A stretch of DNA of 20,000 nucleotides from an uncultured virus (IMG/VR IMGVR_UViG_3300027917_000037). Lineage: Duplodnaviria; Heunggongvirae; Uroviricota; Caudoviricetes. The notes under the pieces are model-generated. The model was not told where the DNA came from. It was given only the letters and a program-made list of their open reading frames with translations, and made no database searches. Positions 18,001-20,000 of the stretch are shown here, one piece after another. Position numbers and translations under genes: made by a program. The DNA is taken from the IMG/VR virus record IMGVR_UViG_3300027917_000037; one strand, 5' to 3'. How positions within the stretch are numbered: position 1 is the stretch's first letter; every line of letters begins with the position of its first letter.

Positions 18001-18303
18001 GAAAAAGTTGAGTTAGATGTAGAAGCTTATGTGGTTGTTTCTAGCGCCTACACCGAAAATAGTAGCACTGTACAACAGGATGTTGCAGATAATATTACAG
18101 CCACACTAAGTGCAAATGCTTTGGGAACAACGCTGGATACTTCTGATATTATAGATGGAGCATACAATGTAGATGGTGTTGATAGGATTAGAATTACAAG
18201 ATTTAATGAAACGAATGTCTCTGGTACTAAAATTAGTATCACGGCCCAGAATAATCAATATTTGGCACCAGGAACCGTAACAGTTACAATAGAGGAGCGA
18301 TAA
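15064..18303 (+). CDS. Baseplate J-like wedge protein (P2 gpJ / T4 gp6 / Mu gp47-like) with a large internal insertion, 1079 aa
   Basis: Hallmarks: TGQDLTNYGANFGLTRRAGTKATGTVIFT; VEAQSTGSAGNV; TNLASFTGGTDQEDDSSFRARVL; C-terminal RPITADVLVKAA..LGTTLDTSDIIDGAYNVDGVDRI. Confidence 0.92.
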   Translation: MTTYKSFNDLVLDILDYLRLTQPSLDVKPNSVARDLFVDSQSLQIATLYDALREVAAMQSVANVTGQDLTNYGANFGLTRRAGTKATGTVIFTFRSMDNDVTISAGSVVRTRTGVPFVTVSTTTALASQSNALKATATRLRQSLDTAGITDTYALEVSVEAQSTGSAGNVSKYSVTSHSVAGVNNATNLASFTGGTDQEDDSSFRARVLATFAGTNVGTAIGYKSIVLNLADAIDALVIEPGDPLMTRDGSVVVTNDDGELIVSEPGTGGRIDIYVMGENAQAGIDSFVYNDQSGQDDPTDSDNDYILGQSSLTADTSLTLNSRRVATLSGTADIPLQPISRIVSVSGSLSGPNFVEQYLDSVGNLQGNFKLTTDTGIAGGSSFGLDKFSWTSSYISLTDESVTKGTFNGIDGLAFTDVLEIPAIRQEIQVINENSVVSGSSRQYVTTLHTPVVTVTRVYNLTTGERYTIADQDPDGTGDVNTTGRIEISGRTLPTASDILQVDYLWQHEFDPHIDFDNFDPQDSLNSTQDSVEWGFSNYIRDELVTANLDSYNNLTIDVQYPVTRVLGVNTYISETAIVQSSGTGKTLEVSTAISNIHYIKDTSISGSPEVFNTSIADGNFSNKLITLPSDTLAQTGDQVTVVYNLSDIYSTSDGYVGSVLNDVITILPYTAVASGTSVLVNYVAAFRNLLPTTNIIDLPVSSDGLNSFTGVDGYQPVQNSYSGSTVVSNNRRSPSILRATTTNLPSEGTIRVVGTTLTKTTGIFSATADSTIDLSTPIKTVEGTGTVSSSIYVARVISVEKVSLTASGEVESVDVEYDVTNYQIKNTQWDKAYAIENTSLNNTQLQLASVSANTSTPITTGTSLRVIFYYAKTNDYEDLFFSKNGAAYTDKRFGHISSINRLSGMQDSGGTISGKILLDSFNQPLVNNSYLVDYNYTAPKDNERITVNFEYNKLIVDATEAVEDGRPITADVLVKAAEKVELDVEAYVVVSSAYTENSSTVQQDVADNITATLSANALGTTLDTSDIIDGAYNVDGVDRIRITRFNETNVSGTKISITAQNNQYLAPGTVTVTIEER

Positions 18304-18307
18304 TATA

Positions 18308-20000
18308 ATGGTTAATATTCGTGTTGTTAGGTCGGCGGTTTTAAGCAACACCCAACTTAAAATAACATTTACACATAACCTAGATACTGACATTAGCACC
18401 AGCAACATAACAATAAGTAGTTTAACTGGATCCGTTTCAGATCCGGAAATATTATCTGTTTCTATTTCTGGTAAAGAAATGACCGTCAATATGCGTCCGA
18501 TAGTGGCGCGTGCTTATTATCAGGCTATATTGCAATCATCCTCCTCTCAGACTTTTCGTGGTGCCAGAGGAGAAACTTTTATAGAAGATGGGGCTACAAA
18601 TTATATATTTTTCACAGGCCCTGAAGAAGAAAATGATATTAGAGATACTATTCTTGATGATATTTCTGATGTCTATAATAAAGAGTCTGGCTCGCTAATT
18701 TTTGATGCGATCGATGCTAGTGCTCGCGAGATATTAACAGCGGATCATAAAATTGGAGAAACTGAAAGTGCAAATTATGTTTCTATAGAAGTAACAAACG
18801 AAGAAATTACAAGAGGTAGTGGGCCGTATGATAGATTTTCGCACGAAGGTGTGTTTCAAGTTTTGCGAGTTGGGAGTTCTGAGGAAGGAACAACAGAAGA
18901 AGGAACTATAGAATTTTCGGAATTTCCAACCGATCCTGTTAGTTTGCAACAGATTTTGGTTTCTGGAGAAGAGGTTTCAAATTCAACAAACGATTCAAAC
19001 AACTTTTTGGGGCTGATCGTAAGTGTTACAAACGGACCAGTGATTAAAGTTATCTCTGTAACTTTAACGCGTGATACTACAATATACACATACGATATAG
19101 CACAATATGGTTACGGATTATATACCAGCAAATATGATACAAGTAGTGCCTATACAGCCCTGGATTTGGAAAACAATCAAGTTCGTTTAAGCAATGAGGC
19201 TGTGGGTTCAACTTTTCCTCTTCCTCAGGGTAGTGATTTAATAACAATATCATACTATTACAAAAGGATTGGGCGAGATGTGGATGCTGATACTGTAGAA
19301 ATAACCAAATCTACAGCAATAGTAAGAGAGTCTATTCCCGCAGTATCTACTTCATTCTTTTTAAATAATGCTCCGATTTTAGATAGTACTGGGGCTGTAG
19401 CCACACTTGGTGGCGTACAATGGTTGGACCCCGCACAAAACTACGATTCAACCAAAAACCATCCAGCCTTTACTTCGGAACTTCAATACAACACCTCAAA
19501 TATGCCTCAAAATCCTGGAGAATTTGCCGTAAACCATGAAACAGGACAAGTTTTTGTTTATGGGGCGGATGGTTCTGGTGTTGATGGAACAACAACAATT
19601 CCTCCAGTCGCAAATTACTCTGCTCGCCATACCTATCAGGAAGGGTTGGATTACAACTTCTTTTCTGATCTGGATGAGGTTGTGTCATTACCAAATGGCA
19701 GTTTGCGTGGCGATGAAGGCACCATTGCTTTTAATTATGAAGATACTTTTGCAGATGGCACCGATTTTAACTTCAATTCTCATGTAGAAATTATTAACGA
19801 ACGCGTTAATAATAGGTTGATTGATACTATTGGTTTGCGTACTCTGAATGGACCAGTAAACGAAGTATTTAGAATTTATAATGAAACAACAGGAGAAATC
19901 TATACGCCAACAAGACTTAAAGATAATGAAGTATATTTTTCTGCAACTAATCCGCCAGAAACTGTGGATGTTACGCGAGAGTCAGTTGCTTTTGAACAAG
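18308..20000 (+). CDS. Large baseplate wedge protein (P2 gpI / T4 gp7-like position) with N-terminal Ig-like domain; 3'-truncated, absent from the ORF track
   Basis: ATG18308 preceded by GAGGAG. My manual translation is stop-free to the window end (564 codons): MVNIRVVRSAVLSNTQLKITFTHNLDTDISTSNITI... The helix DISDVYNKESGSLIFDAIDASAREIL resembles gpI-type N-terminal helices. Follows gpJ. Confidence 0.75.
   Translation, partial: MVNIRVVRSAVLSNTQLKITFTHNLDTDISTSNITISSLTGSVSDPEILSVSISGKEMTVNMRPIVARAYYQAILQSSSSQTFRGARGETFIEDGATNYIFFTGPEEENDIRDTILDDISDVYNKESGSLIFDAIDASAREILTADHKIGETESANYVSIEVTNEEITRGSGPYDRFSHEGVFQVLRVGSSEEGTTEEGTIEFSEFPTDPVSLQQILVSGEEVSNSTNDSNNFLGLIVSVTNGPVIKVISVTLTRDTTIYTYDIAQYGYGLYTSKYDTSSAYTALDLENNQVRLSNEAVGSTFPLPQGSDLITISYYYKRIGRDVDADTVEITKSTAIVRESIPAVSTSFFLNNAPILDSTGAVATLGGVQWLDPAQNYDSTKNHPAFTSELQYNTSNMPQNPGEFAVNHETGQVFVYGADGSGVDGTTTIPPVANYSARHTYQEGLDYNFFSDLDEVVSLPNGSLRGDEGTIAFNYEDTFADGTDFNFNSHVEIINERVNNRLIDTIGLRTLNGPVNEVFRIYNETTGEIYTPTRLKDNEVYFSATNPPETVDVTRESVAFEQ

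Noticed and set aside
619..19694. All minus-strand ORFs in the track (60-161 aa)
   Set aside because: They lie antisense to long, coherent + strand structural genes and have the Ser/Ile/Phe-rich composition typical of shadow ORFs.
1588..19787. Short alternative-frame + strand ORFs (1588, 11885, 12908, 13424, 17615, 19536)
   Set aside because: They are nested in or overlap larger genes, with no protein-like features or evident translation signals. 19536..19787 lies inside the real ORF starting at 18308.
1..20000. Interpretation as a bacterial T6SS or Afp/PVC-type eCIS locus
   Set aside because: No TssJLM, ClpV or Afp15-like ATPase genes in the window. The frameshifting chaperone plus TMP and the giant wedge proteins fit a phage tail better. 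A tailocin or prophage cannot be excluded without the flanks.

Overview
The window is one uninterrupted + strand operon of 10 genes (gaps 1-11 nt, two TAATG stop/start overlaps, GGAG/GAGG ribosome-binding sites) encoding the tail and baseplate module of a large contractile-tailed phage (myovirus-like, probably jumbo class). Gene order: tail assembly chaperone (probably 5'-truncated) with a -1 frameshift extension; tape-measure-like protein; gpU-like tube initiator; 1587-aa gp27/gpD-like hub; 742-aa gpV/gp5-like spike; two large unassigned genes (676 aa, with a long Cys-flanked hydrophobic region and an Ig-like C-terminus; 552 aa, coiled-coil); gp25-like wedge protein; enlarged baseplate J; and a gpI/gp7-like wedge gene from 18308 that runs off the window and is missing from the ORF track. 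The best-supported hidden signal is a -1 frameshift cassette: A_AAA_AAC at 380-386, a 7-nt spacer and a predicted H-type pseudoknot at 394-444. The main candidate for something new is the two-gene insert between spike and gp25, possibly a membrane-penetration or ejection module. All protein assignments come from motifs read by eye plus synteny; no database searches were run. I saw no RNA genes, CRISPR arrays, IS elements or terminators.
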